DNA of 64,000 bases from assembly GCA_016783745.1 (NCBI GenBank), contig JADHVZ010000004.1, forward strand, positions 3,544 to 67,543, read 5' to 3'. The position numbers and the translations under genes were made by a program. How positions within the stretch are numbered: the stretch's first letter is position 1; the number at the start of each line of letters is the position of its first letter. Positions 44,425 through 53,782 of the stretch are shown piece after piece. Below the pieces are notes generated by a model, which was not told where the DNA came from, ran no database searches, and saw nothing but the letters and a program-made list of their open reading frames with translations. This stretch comes from Candidatus Omnitrophota bacterium. Lineage in GTDB: Bacteria; Omnitrophota; Gorgyraeia; JAHIPI01.

Positions 44425-46278
44425 ATGTGCGGGATATGCGGTTATAGCGGCGAAAAAAACGATAAGTTGATGGCGAAGATGCTGGAGCGCATGCGCCATA
44501 GGGGCCCTAATGACAGCGGCTGTTACATGGATAGGAACAGAAAGATCAATATTGGCATGGTCCGTCTTTCTATCATCGACCTGCACGGCGGGCATCAGCC
44601 GATATCAAATGAGGACGGGGCCATAAGAGTGGTCTTTAACGGTGAAATATATAATTATATCGAACTGCGGGATGAGCTTGAAAGAAAGGGGCATCGGTTT
44701 AAGACATTGAGCGATACGGAGACTATAGTACACGCCTATGAAGAATACGGGCTCTCTTTCCCCGATAAGTTAAACGGGATGTTTGCTATAGGCATCTGGG
44801 ATCTTCGCGAAAATAAACTTATCTTAATAAGGGACCGGTTCGGTATCAAGCCGCTGTTTTACGCTCATAGGCCCGGCATGCTGGTTTTCGGTTCTGAGAT
44901 CAAAGTCCTCTTATCACATCCGGATGTCAGCAGAGATATCGATTACGAAGCTCTTTCCCACTATTTTTCTTTAAGGAATATCCCGGCGCCTTTCACTGTG
45001 TATAAATCCATTAAGGCGCTGTTGCCGGGACAGATGCTGATCTGGGATGGAAAGCGATGCGAGATATCCGGGTGGTATAAATTGGATATGGAAACAAAAT
45101 GGGGCGATGATGATGAGGATGTATTGATCGACAGGATCAATGAGCTGCTGCGAGACAGCGTCAGACTGAGATTACGCTCAGACGTTGAATACGGAGCTTA
45201 TCTATCCGGGGGCATGGATTCTTCGACCGTGGTCGGTATCATGAGTGAATTTTCAAAAAAACCGGTAAAGACTTTCAGCCTCTCTTATGCCGATTCTCCT
45301 GGACATAAACAGGATGCCCATTTCGCGCGTAAGGTCGCCCGACGTTATTCGACTGAACACCATGAATACGTTATGGGCTGGAATGACTTGCAAAGGGAGA
45401 TGCCGGAGGTTATCCGCCATCTGGATCAACCTTTTGCCGGGGTTATCTCATCCTATTGGCTTTCACGCTTCATGAGCAAATATGTGACTGTCGCCCTATC
45501 AGGTGACGGCGCAGACGACACCTTTGCCTCTTACGGACACCATCGGCTCATCGCCCCTATTGCCGCGGCTCAAAGAGTAGGGCATGGGGGAGGATCGATT
45601 GATGAAGCGGATCTCGGCTTTTTTAAAGAAAAAGAGGGACTAGTACGCGAATTGGCGCAGCGTTCGCCCTGGGAGTGGAGGCTTTCTTACGCTTCTTTTA
45701 TGGAGCACGAGAAGGAGATGCTCTTTTCAGCAAAAGGTAAGGATGCGATGATGCCTTACTCGACATCAGAGTTTTTTAAAGATGTCTACCTGCGTTGCGT
45801 ATCCGGGACCGATGAGCTTAACAGGATGTTGTATCTGGATATAAACACGCTTCTTCCGAATGAGATCCTCTATTTTAACGACATGCTTTCAATGCGTAAT
45901 TCAATGGAGGTGCGGACGCCATTTCTTGACTTCCGGCTCGTCGAATTGGCCTGTTCCATACCCGGGACGCTTAAGATCAAGGGCATGTCCCTTAAATATA
46001 TTTTAAGGAAAGTAGCCTCACGCTATCTTCCCGATGAAATATTAAAGAGGCCAAAGGAGGGATTCGTTCTTCCTAAGAATACGTGGCTTAGGCAAGGTAT
46101 GGCACCGATGCTCAGGGATGTTTTGTCGAAAGACCGCATAGCCATTCACGGATATTTAAATCACGAATACGTCGATTCTTTAATAAAGGACTTTTTTGCT
46201 GGAAACGATACGTTAACGTTTAAGGTCTGGAGTCTTATGGTCTTCCAGGTCTGGTATGAGAATCATTTAAAGATATGA
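44425..46278 (+). CDS. asparagine synthetase B-type glutamine amidotransferase (PseA/WbpS-like sugar amidotransferase candidate)
   Basis: N-terminal 'MCGICGY' Ntn Cys2, and the adenylation-domain PP-loop 'SGGMDSS'. Confidence 0.85.
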   Translation: MCGICGYSGEKNDKLMAKMLERMRHRGPNDSGCYMDRNRKINIGMVRLSIIDLHGGHQPISNEDGAIRVVFNGEIYNYIELRDELERKGHRFKTLSDTETIVHAYEEYGLSFPDKLNGMFAIGIWDLRENKLILIRDRFGIKPLFYAHRPGMLVFGSEIKVLLSHPDVSRDIDYEALSHYFSLRNIPAPFTVYKSIKALLPGQMLIWDGKRCEISGWYKLDMETKWGDDDEDVLIDRINELLRDSVRLRLRSDVEYGAYLSGGMDSSTVVGIMSEFSKKPVKTFSLSYADSPGHKQDAHFARKVARRYSTEHHEYVMGWNDLQREMPEVIRHLDQPFAGVISSYWLSRFMSKYVTVALSGDGADDTFASYGHHRLIAPIAAAQRVGHGGGSIDEADLGFFKEKEGLVRELAQRSPWEWRLSYASFMEHEKEMLFSAKGKDAMMPYSTSEFFKDVYLRCVSGTDELNRMLYLDINTLLPNEILYFNDMLSMRNSMEVRTPFLDFRLVELACSIPGTLKIKGMSLKYILRKVASRYLPDEILKRPKEGFVLPKNTWLRQGMAPMLRDVLSKDRIAIHGYLNHEYVDSLIKDFFAGNDTLTFKVWSLMVFQVWYENHLKI

Positions 46279-47078
46279 ATGAAATAAATAAACAGCATTT
46301 AAACAGATATTTTCATTTCGACAGATTGATGAAGGACTGTTCGATAGAATGCGTCCTCGAGCGATATAAGTCGGATCACGACGGCATTGACCAGTCTGTC
46401 CTGATCATGAGGCCCGCAGGCAGGAGATCCAAAAGGATTTTCTTCTTTTTCCACGGCATGAGCGGGGATCGCGGCGACGGTATCGTAGCCCAGGACCTGG
46501 TAAAAAAACTGGACGCCACTATTGTCTCGATGGGCGGCCGCGGCCCTTGCTGGATCTCAGACGGGTTTATACAGGATGCCGAAAAAGTCATAGAGCAGTA
46601 TTCTAAGGGGTACAAGGGGTATTATTTAATGGGTATCTCTATGGGCGGGACTCAGGCGTTTTCCCTGGCGGGTTTACTTTCCAATGAATTGCAGCGGGCG
46701 ATATCAGGCGTGATCGCCCTTATGCCGGGTTCAGACCTGCCGGCTATCGCTGATAGATCCAGCCATAAAAGCGTCAGGGATACATTGATATCTTCCGTAG
46801 GCGGAGATATTACCAGGTTAGAGCAGAGGAGCCCGGATAGGCTTATCGGTAAATATAGAAAGGGTCTTCCGTTCAGCATATTTTATAACGAGCATGATAC
46901 GGTCCTTTTAAGCGAAAAACTGGAAGGGTTTATTCAAGATCTGCAAAAAAGACACCCCGTAAGCGTTTTTACGGCGCCCGGAGAACATGATTTCACTTAT
47001 GAAGATTTTGACTACAAAAAGATATTTGATGCTTTAGGCAGAGATCCAGCGGCAAAAGAGGTGTTAAATTTTTCTTAA
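46275..47078 (+). CDS. alpha/beta-hydrolase-fold esterase-like protein
   Basis: 'YLMGISMGGTQAF' is a GxSxG nucleophile elbow. The upstream 'FFFFHGMSG' fits the oxyanion-region HG motif. Confidence 0.45.
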   Translation: MNEINKQHLNRYFHFDRLMKDCSIECVLERYKSDHDGIDQSVLIMRPAGRRSKRIFFFFHGMSGDRGDGIVAQDLVKKLDATIVSMGGRGPCWISDGFIQDAEKVIEQYSKGYKGYYLMGISMGGTQAFSLAGLLSNELQRAISGVIALMPGSDLPAIADRSSHKSVRDTLISSVGGDITRLEQRSPDRLIGKYRKGLPFSIFYNEHDTVLLSEKLEGFIQDLQKRHPVSVFTAPGEHDFTYEDFDYKKIFDALGRDPAAKEVLNFS

Positions 47079-47090
47079 AAGAAGGAGTAT

Positions 47091-48128
47091 ATGATGAAGA
47101 CGGTATTACTTACAGGCGGAGCGGGATTTATGGGCAGCAACGTAGTCAAACACATTTACAATAAATATCCTGATTATAAAATAATCATCCTGGACGCCTT
47201 GACCTATGCCAGTGATATCGAGAACCTTCCGGTGAACATCAATGAAAACAGCGACAACAGGATCGTCTTCTGGTACGGCAATGTGAGGAACGGCGAGCTT
47301 GTAGATAGCCTTGTCTCTCAATCCGATATTGTCCTGCACTTTGCCGCCGAGACCCATGTAACGCGCTCCATATACGACAATTTTTTGTTCTTTGAAACAG
47401 ACGTGTTAGGGACTCAAGCAGTGGCCAATGCGGTCGTAAAGTACAAGGATAGAGTAGAGAGATTTATTCACATCTCCACATCCGAGGTCTACGGAACCGC
47501 TATGAAGGAAGTGATGGACGAAGAGCATCCGTTGATGCCGATGACTCCTTATGCCTCGGCGAAGGCAGGCGCCGACAGGCTGGTCTACTCCTACTGGAAG
47601 ACCTATGATATACCGGCTACGATCATCCGCCCCTTCAACAATTACGGCCCCTTCCAACATCTTGAAAAGGCGGTCCCGAGGTTCATAACCAGTTGTATGT
47701 TGGACGAGCCCCTCAGGGTCCACGGAGACGGAAGCGCGTCAAGGGACTATGTATTTGTGGAGGATATGTGCAGGGCCGTTGATATTGTGATGCACGCCGA
47801 TATCGAAAAAGTCAAAGGCGAGACCTTTAATGTGGCGTCCGGAACGCACCGCTCTATTCTGTCTATCGCGTATGACGTCGTAAGGTCCATGGGAAAGGAC
47901 GGATCAGCGATCACTTTCGTCGGAGACCGTCCCGGCCAGGTCTTCAGGCATACGGGAAGCGTCATAAAGGCGAAGAATATATTAAACTGGAGCCCCACCG
48001 TGGCTTGGGAGGAAGGACTGGAAAGCACGATAAAGTGGTATATGGACAATAGGAGTTGGTGGGAGAAGCAGCTGTGGATGAGGACGGTCCCGGTCATAAC
48101 TAGTATGGGTAAAAAGGAAATACATTGA
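47091..48128 (+). CDS. dTDP/NDP-sugar 4,6-dehydratase family enzyme (RfbB-like)
   Basis: 'VLLTGGAGFMGSNVV...ILDALTYASDIENL...HFAAETHVTRSI...YASAKAGADRL...IIRPFNNYGPFQHLEKAVPRFI' closely follow the RfbB motif order. Confidence 0.8.
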   Translation: MMKTVLLTGGAGFMGSNVVKHIYNKYPDYKIIILDALTYASDIENLPVNINENSDNRIVFWYGNVRNGELVDSLVSQSDIVLHFAAETHVTRSIYDNFLFFETDVLGTQAVANAVVKYKDRVERFIHISTSEVYGTAMKEVMDEEHPLMPMTPYASAKAGADRLVYSYWKTYDIPATIIRPFNNYGPFQHLEKAVPRFITSCMLDEPLRVHGDGSASRDYVFVEDMCRAVDIVMHADIEKVKGETFNVASGTHRSILSIAYDVVRSMGKDGSAITFVGDRPGQVFRHTGSVIKAKNILNWSPTVAWEEGLESTIKWYMDNRSWWEKQLWMRTVPVITSMGKKEIH

Positions 48129-49057
48129 TGGAGACAGCGCCTGCGAATATAGGCCGACTCAAAAGTAAGTTCGACGGAAGCGTATCCCTTTTATGCTGGG
48201 CATATAACGAAGAGGCCTCTGTCGGCGATTTTCTCGAAAGGGCGTCGGCCTTGATGGAAGAGGCGGTGGAAGACTATGAGATCGTGATGATAGATGACGG
48301 GAGCACTGACAAGACTTATGAGATCGCCAGAAGTTTTCAGGAAAAAGACCCCCGCTTGAAAATATTCAGAAATGAGAAAAATTCCAATGTGGGTGTTTCG
48401 ATCCCAAAAGCTATAAAGAACGCGTCAAAAGAGTATCTATTCTGGCAGACCGTTGATTGGTGCTACGATATCTCAAATTTGAGGATCTTTCTCGAATATT
48501 TAAAGTCATATGATATTGTTCAGGGGGTAAGGAGAAGGCCGGTAAAAGTAAAGGGTAGATTGATAAAGCCCATAGCGGCGGTTATAAGACTCTTTGGCAT
48601 AAAACATCTGACCAGGCGCTCGGATACGCTGATGAAAGCGGTGATCTCAGTGATCAACTATAGCCTTATAAGAGGTCTTTTTGGGTTGCCCGTATCCGAT
48701 TTTCAAAACGTTACTTTTTACCAGACAAAAATGGTCCGATCTTTGAGATCGGAGGCGAAGAGCGCTTTCACCAATCCGGAGCTCTTGATAAAATCTTATT
48801 GGAAAGGGGCATCCATAAAAGAAGTCCCCATAAGTTTTATACCGAGGACAAAAGGGAAGCCTAAGGGCACGGCTTTGAGATCTGTGGCAAATGCCGTTAA
48901 CGACATACTTAAGCTGCACTTTAGATGGGTGATACTGGGCAGAAGGGATCTCATCCGGCCGGGTAAAGTGCACAGGCTCGATCCGTCTGAGTGGAAAGAA
49001 GGATATGAAGGTATTACTGATAATCCCGCCTACAGACTTGAAGAAGTCTTACGGTAA
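48125..49057 (+). CDS. GT2 polyprenyl-phosphate sugar synthase (DPM1/ArnC/GtrB-like)
   Basis: 'SLLCWAYNEEASVGDFLERA...YEIVMIDDGSTDKTYEIAR' gives the GT2 DxD context in a compact 310-aa DPM1-like architecture. Confidence 0.7.
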   Translation: MMETAPANIGRLKSKFDGSVSLLCWAYNEEASVGDFLERASALMEEAVEDYEIVMIDDGSTDKTYEIARSFQEKDPRLKIFRNEKNSNVGVSIPKAIKNASKEYLFWQTVDWCYDISNLRIFLEYLKSYDIVQGVRRRPVKVKGRLIKPIAAVIRLFGIKHLTRRSDTLMKAVISVINYSLIRGLFGLPVSDFQNVTFYQTKMVRSLRSEAKSAFTNPELLIKSYWKGASIKEVPISFIPRTKGKPKGTALRSVANAVNDILKLHFRWVILGRRDLIRPGKVHRLDPSEWKEGYEGITDNPAYRLEEVLR

Positions 49058-50435
49058 GCTGAGAAAATTTTTAAATCCGCAGCCGTCGATAGGTATCGCT
49101 TATATAGCGGCGGTTTTAAGAAAAAACGGCTATGATGTAAAAATAACCGATGCCTATGTCGATGAAAACGGCATAGAAGAGATCATGGATGCGGTAAAGG
49201 AGTATTCGCCCGGTGTCATCGGCATAAGCGTTTTGACTGCATCTGCGGATGTGGTTTACGAAATATCAAAAACCATACGCGCGAGATTTCCTTATATTAA
49301 AATCGTAATGGGGAATATTCATGCGTCTCTATTTTCAGACGAGATATTATCAAAGGGCTATGCCGATTTCATAGTGCATCGCGAGGGAGAGCTGACTATG
49401 CTTGAGATCCTTCGAATGCTGGAGACCGGCGGAGATGCCGAAGATATAAAAGGCGTGTCCTTTAAAAAAGAAGGCACCGCCGTACATAATCCTATGAGGC
49501 CGTTTATAGCCGAACTCGATGATCTTCCTTATCCGGCGTGGGACTTGTTTCCGCTGGATAAATATTCTACCGACCCAAGGTCCGAGCTGAAAAGGGGCGC
49601 GGTTCCGATGGAATTACTTGTGACCAGAGGTTGCCCGTTTCAGTGCACATTCTGCTCCTCAAGAGAAGATAGAAGCCTTGGCAGTAGATATAGGATGCGG
49701 GATCCTAAAACGGTAGTGAACGAAATGGTCTATATGTACGAGAGGTACGGCAAGGATACCTTCGCATTTATGGATTTGGCATTTCCTCTTGTAAAGGAGC
49801 ACGCATACGGGTTGTGCGATGAGATAATTAATAGGGGATATGGAGAGAGGTTTATTTGGCATACCGAATGCCGCGTTACACCTCTTGACCAGGAACTGCT
49901 TTTTCATATGAGGAAAGCGGGTTGTGTGAGGTTATACCTCGGTATCGAATCCGGCAATGACGAAACCCTTAAGGCACTTAAGAAAAACTGCACGACAGAA
50001 GATGCTAGAAATGCCGTGAAAATGGCCCATGGGGCCGGGATGGAAGTCGACGGGATGTTTATGATAGGCCTGCCGGGCGAGACCGAGGAAATGATAGAGA
50101 AGACCGTTGATTTTGCCATAGAGCTGGATGTAAGATATGCGATCTTTAATCTATTCGTCCCTTAGCCCGGGTGCGAGCTCTGGGATACGTTGCGGGGAGA
50201 AGGCAAAGTTAAATATACGAACTGGAGCGACTTTACCTCGTATCCGACGTATTCTGGCGGCGAGCCGATATATGTCCCTGACGGCATTACCAAAGACAGG
50301 CTTATGGAATTGCAGTCCCGTGCCATGAAAAGGTTTTATGTAAGGCCGAGGTTTATTTTTGATGAGTTCAAAAGGTTTAAAATAGATAAGACGGCGCATT
50401 ATTTGGAAGGGTTGAAAGGTATCCTTTTATGGTGA
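49005..50435 (+). CDS. B12-binding (class B) radical SAM enzyme, paralog 3, interrupted by an in-frame TAG at 50163-50165
   Basis: 'KVLLIIPPTD...IGIAYIAAVLRKNGYDVKI' is the B12 domain, and 'TRGCPFQCTFCSS' is CxxxCxxC. ORF-track pieces 49005-50165 and 50190-50435 are in the same frame, separated only by TAG. The downstream piece 'PGCELWDTL...' continues the conserved 'P-x-PG(T/C)ELW' C-terminal motif. Confidence 0.7.
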
Positions 50436-52561
50436 AAAATAAAGACAAAAAAATATTCTTAATTGTAATCCTAATTTGCCTGATTTTTCTGCCAACATCA
50501 AGGCTGCTTACCACCGGCACCTCAGCCAACTTTCTTATGCAGGCATTGCACCTGGTCAGAGGAGATAAGGATTGGGTCGGCTGTTACGGCACTTTCGGGT
50601 CCCATGCCCTGAAGCCGCCCGGGTATTCGATACTGATGGCCGGAGTTTTTAAGATCGCCGGCATTTCCTTAGAAAGTGTTTTTTACGCAACAAGATTTTT
50701 TTACGGACTGAATGTGCTGGTTGTTTTTCTGCTGGCGAGTGCCCTGTTCGGAACCGGCGCAGGTCTTATAAGCAGCATATTCATTGTCTCATCCTACGCG
50801 ATAAATGACGCGGGGACGTACTTAAATTATGACGTCATAAATCCCTCTCTTATATTATTGAGTATATGGATTTTTATTAAGCAGTTCCGAAGCAATAAAT
50901 TGACGTATTCTTTTTTATCGGGCGTTGTTTTAGGGTCAGCGTATTGGATAAGGGAGTTTACCCTGTTGTTTATACTGTTGCCATGGTGTATATTTTTATT
51001 CAAAAAAGAATTCGGCTTGAAATATGTCATTAAATCCATAGCGGCATTCTATGTCTCCTTTGCTATAGTGATAGCCCCGTGGATGATCTACGTTCTGAAT
51101 AAAGGATTGGGGCCGCTTATGATATTAGGCGGAGGTTCGCCGGAATCGCTCGGCAAGGTTTACGGCAACTCGAACATGATATCTCTTGTCATAAATAAAG
51201 AGATGTTCAAAGGCCTGGCCGAATATTACAGGGATTATTTGAAGCCCAATTTTATTATCGCGCCTCTTATGGTGATCGCCTGGCTATATACAATGGCTTT
51301 AAGTATCATTAAAAGAAACAGAAATGTGATTTTTTTAGGAATATGCGGGGCATTATGCCTGCCTCTATTGATATTTCTCGGCAAGACGGGTGAAAGGCTG
51401 GGGCAGGCCGTGATATTCTTTGATCTGAGCTTTATTGCCGTCGCGTTTATGCTGGTAAACGCTGCCGGCTTGATTTCCTCAAAAGCGGTCATATTGCGGC
51501 GTAAGCGCGTACAGATCTTAGCCATAACGCTTTTAGCTGTTTTAGCTGCCGTTTCCTTGATCGTAAGCCCTAAGATAAGAAAGCGGACAAAGGCGCGCGT
51601 AACTGCCATAAAGAGTTTCTACGTTGACGGAAGATTTAAGATGGAGGGGCGGCTTAATCCTTATGTTAAAGATGCGTGCGAGTGGCTGGTCGCTAATCTG
51701 CCTAAGGGCGATATAGTGTACGTCGACGGCGGGATATGGGAGACTTTTGATTTTTTCACAAGGCTCAATTTTGATAAGAGGTCCATGGAAATAAACGGCG
51801 GTTGGTATAATTTAGCGACAGATACCGTCAAAGCCTCCGCCCTCAAAGGGGGCGATATAATAGGGTTTTGGCCCTCCATGAGCATTAACATGAATACTAA
51901 AAGTAAATACGACAGATATAGAAAAGTGGAATTTATCACTAAAGAACCTATGTACGATTTGCTTCAAAAAGCAATAGACGCTCACGTAGTCGTCTCAAAC
52001 AGGAATAATTTCATAGGCTATTATTTAGAGAGAATGGGCGCGGTCTTAAAATATAAGAATCGCGAGGTGAGGATCTATAGCGGCCTGAAGGATCCCTTAG
52101 GCCTCCGCAATGAGGTATCGTTGATCACGGGTGACTCATTTGTCAGTATTATACCATGGCTCAAGGAGACATATCCGGACGAGTACGGTGATTTTGAGGA
52201 TTTTCTCGGCAGGCAAAACTTGACGTATGACGACTTGCTTGAAAATACCTATAAGAAACATCAGAAGGATTGGATCACTCAAAATATACCCATGGGATCC
52301 AAGATCGCCCTTTCCTGCTGCTGCGAGGTAAAAGATTTTTTTATAACGGACTTTCAGTCCAAACTCTGCAATCAGGATAAACCTCTATCATGGTTTAAAG
52401 AAAGATATGATTTTTTAATCATACATTGGTGCATGCGATATTATAATTCGCTTCCGGGCTTATTCGAAGATATAGAAGGGGAAGATGCCGTGATTTGGTT
52501 TCCGAATAGCCCATACTTAGGAGAAGGGTCAGGGGAGGTGTATAAACTAAAAAGTGAATAA
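50429..52561 (+). CDS. GT-C-fold polytopic membrane glycosyltransferase (ArnT/PMT GT39/GT83-like) with large C-terminal soluble domain
   Basis: 710 aa with about 11-13 hydrophobic helices in the first about 380 aa ('YPGYSILMAGVFKIAG...' loop after TM1). It lies directly downstream of a DPM1-like GT2, the classic ArnC-ArnT / GtrB-GtrC / Dpm1-Pmt pairing. Confidence 0.45.
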   Translation: MVKNKDKKIFLIVILICLIFLPTSRLLTTGTSANFLMQALHLVRGDKDWVGCYGTFGSHALKPPGYSILMAGVFKIAGISLESVFYATRFFYGLNVLVVFLLASALFGTGAGLISSIFIVSSYAINDAGTYLNYDVINPSLILLSIWIFIKQFRSNKLTYSFLSGVVLGSAYWIREFTLLFILLPWCIFLFKKEFGLKYVIKSIAAFYVSFAIVIAPWMIYVLNKGLGPLMILGGGSPESLGKVYGNSNMISLVINKEMFKGLAEYYRDYLKPNFIIAPLMVIAWLYTMALSIIKRNRNVIFLGICGALCLPLLIFLGKTGERLGQAVIFFDLSFIAVAFMLVNAAGLISSKAVILRRKRVQILAITLLAVLAAVSLIVSPKIRKRTKARVTAIKSFYVDGRFKMEGRLNPYVKDACEWLVANLPKGDIVYVDGGIWETFDFFTRLNFDKRSMEINGGWYNLATDTVKASALKGGDIIGFWPSMSINMNTKSKYDRYRKVEFITKEPMYDLLQKAIDAHVVVSNRNNFIGYYLERMGAVLKYKNREVRIYSGLKDPLGLRNEVSLITGDSFVSIIPWLKETYPDEYGDFEDFLGRQNLTYDDLLENTYKKHQKDWITQNIPMGSKIALSCCCEVKDFFITDFQSKLCNQDKPLSWFKERYDFLIIHWCMRYYNSLPGLFEDIEGEDAVIWFPNSPYLGEGSGEVYKLKSE

Positions 52562-53780
52562 AGCGCAGAATGTATTGAAGAAAATGCCGGGTGTTTCCGC
52601 CGCCGGAGATATATTCCGGAAAAAAGTCTTACACTGGCTTCTTTCCATGCAGACGGGAGCCACTCAATTCCGGATGAACAACATGGCCGATAGTACAATA
52701 TTCACCTCCTGCTTCGCTTTGTTTATTTTTGACATTCTGGGTGAGACGAAAAAGTGGCTGCGGGAAGAAAAAGACTTATGGGTCAGATATATAACTTCCT
52801 ACCAGGATAAAGAGACGGGTTATTTCATACCGGATAATTATAAGGGCGACCTGGATACAAAAACCGTACAGCAGCTCACATGTTTCTGCCTCAGCGCGCT
52901 TGAGATCCTGAAAGCGTCCCCTAATTACAAACTCTCTTTTCTTAAAAAGTGGCCGCAGCCAAGCAATATTTACGACTATTTGAACAGAATCGGGTGCTTT
53001 CAAGGAAAGCCTATGACAGGTAATATGGCCATGTTTCTGGCTATTTTCCTGACATATCAGTATGAGAAATGCGGGGACGAATTAGCGCTCAATTTTATCG
53101 ATACATGGTTTCACTGGCACGAAAGGACGCAGAACAAAAGGACCGGTTTCTGGGGAAAAGGGGTAAGCAATAAATATTATTTCGGATTTCAAAACGCTTT
53201 TCACCAGCTTCTTATTTATGACTACTGGAACAGGCCTATCCCTAATCACGAACGCATCATAGACTCTGTGCTTTTACTGCAGGATGAGGAAGGCTATTTC
53301 GCGCCGACTCCCGGTGGCTGGGCCTGTTATGATTATGACGCTATCCACATTCTGTCTCACGCGTACCGTACCATCGATCATAGAAAAAATAATATAGAGA
53401 ACAGCCTTAAAAAGGTATTTCACGCGATAATAGCCAAGCAAAACAGTGACGGCGGCTTTTGCCAGTCAAGCGAGAAGCCTTCAAGTATGACAGATATATT
53501 CAATAATAGAGATTTCTTTATCCGTAACGACGCGCCCTATCTCGCCTATTACAGGATGAGAAACGCCTTAAGCATATTGCTTAAAGGCAATAAGACCATT
53601 ATGACGAAATGGACAGTGAAGGGTAGGTTGTGGAACGAAAGCAATCTCTGGGATACATGGTTGTACTGTCTTTGCCTTGCAGAGATCGCGAATTCCATCG
53701 AGATCGAGAAGCATCTCGATCTGAAGAATACAAATTTTCATAAAATGGCAGGCATAGGATATTTTAACCCGAGGAAATAG
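52554..53780 (+). CDS. alpha/alpha-toroid repeat protein (prenyltransferase/terpene-cyclase-like fold), function unknown
   Basis: Repeated 'aromatic-x-aromatic...(Q/K)xxDGGF/W' units, e.g. 'KQNSDGGFCQS', 'YQDKETGYF', 'LLQDEEGYFAP', resemble QW/prenyltransferase repeats. Confidence 0.3.
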   Translation: MNKAQNVLKKMPGVSAAGDIFRKKVLHWLLSMQTGATQFRMNNMADSTIFTSCFALFIFDILGETKKWLREEKDLWVRYITSYQDKETGYFIPDNYKGDLDTKTVQQLTCFCLSALEILKASPNYKLSFLKKWPQPSNIYDYLNRIGCFQGKPMTGNMAMFLAIFLTYQYEKCGDELALNFIDTWFHWHERTQNKRTGFWGKGVSNKYYFGFQNAFHQLLIYDYWNRPIPNHERIIDSVLLLQDEEGYFAPTPGGWACYDYDAIHILSHAYRTIDHRKNNIENSLKKVFHAIIAKQNSDGGFCQSSEKPSSMTDIFNNRDFFIRNDAPYLAYYRMRNALSILLKGNKTIMTKWTVKGRLWNESNLWDTWLYCLCLAEIANSIEIEKHLDLKNTNFHKMAGIGYFNPRK

Positions 53781-53782
53781 AT

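Noticed and set aside
50163-50165. In-frame TAG as pyrrolysine or stop-codon reassignment
   Set aside because: Several other genes in the window clearly terminate at TAG, and no pylTSBCD-like genes are present. Nonsense mutation or error is far more likely.
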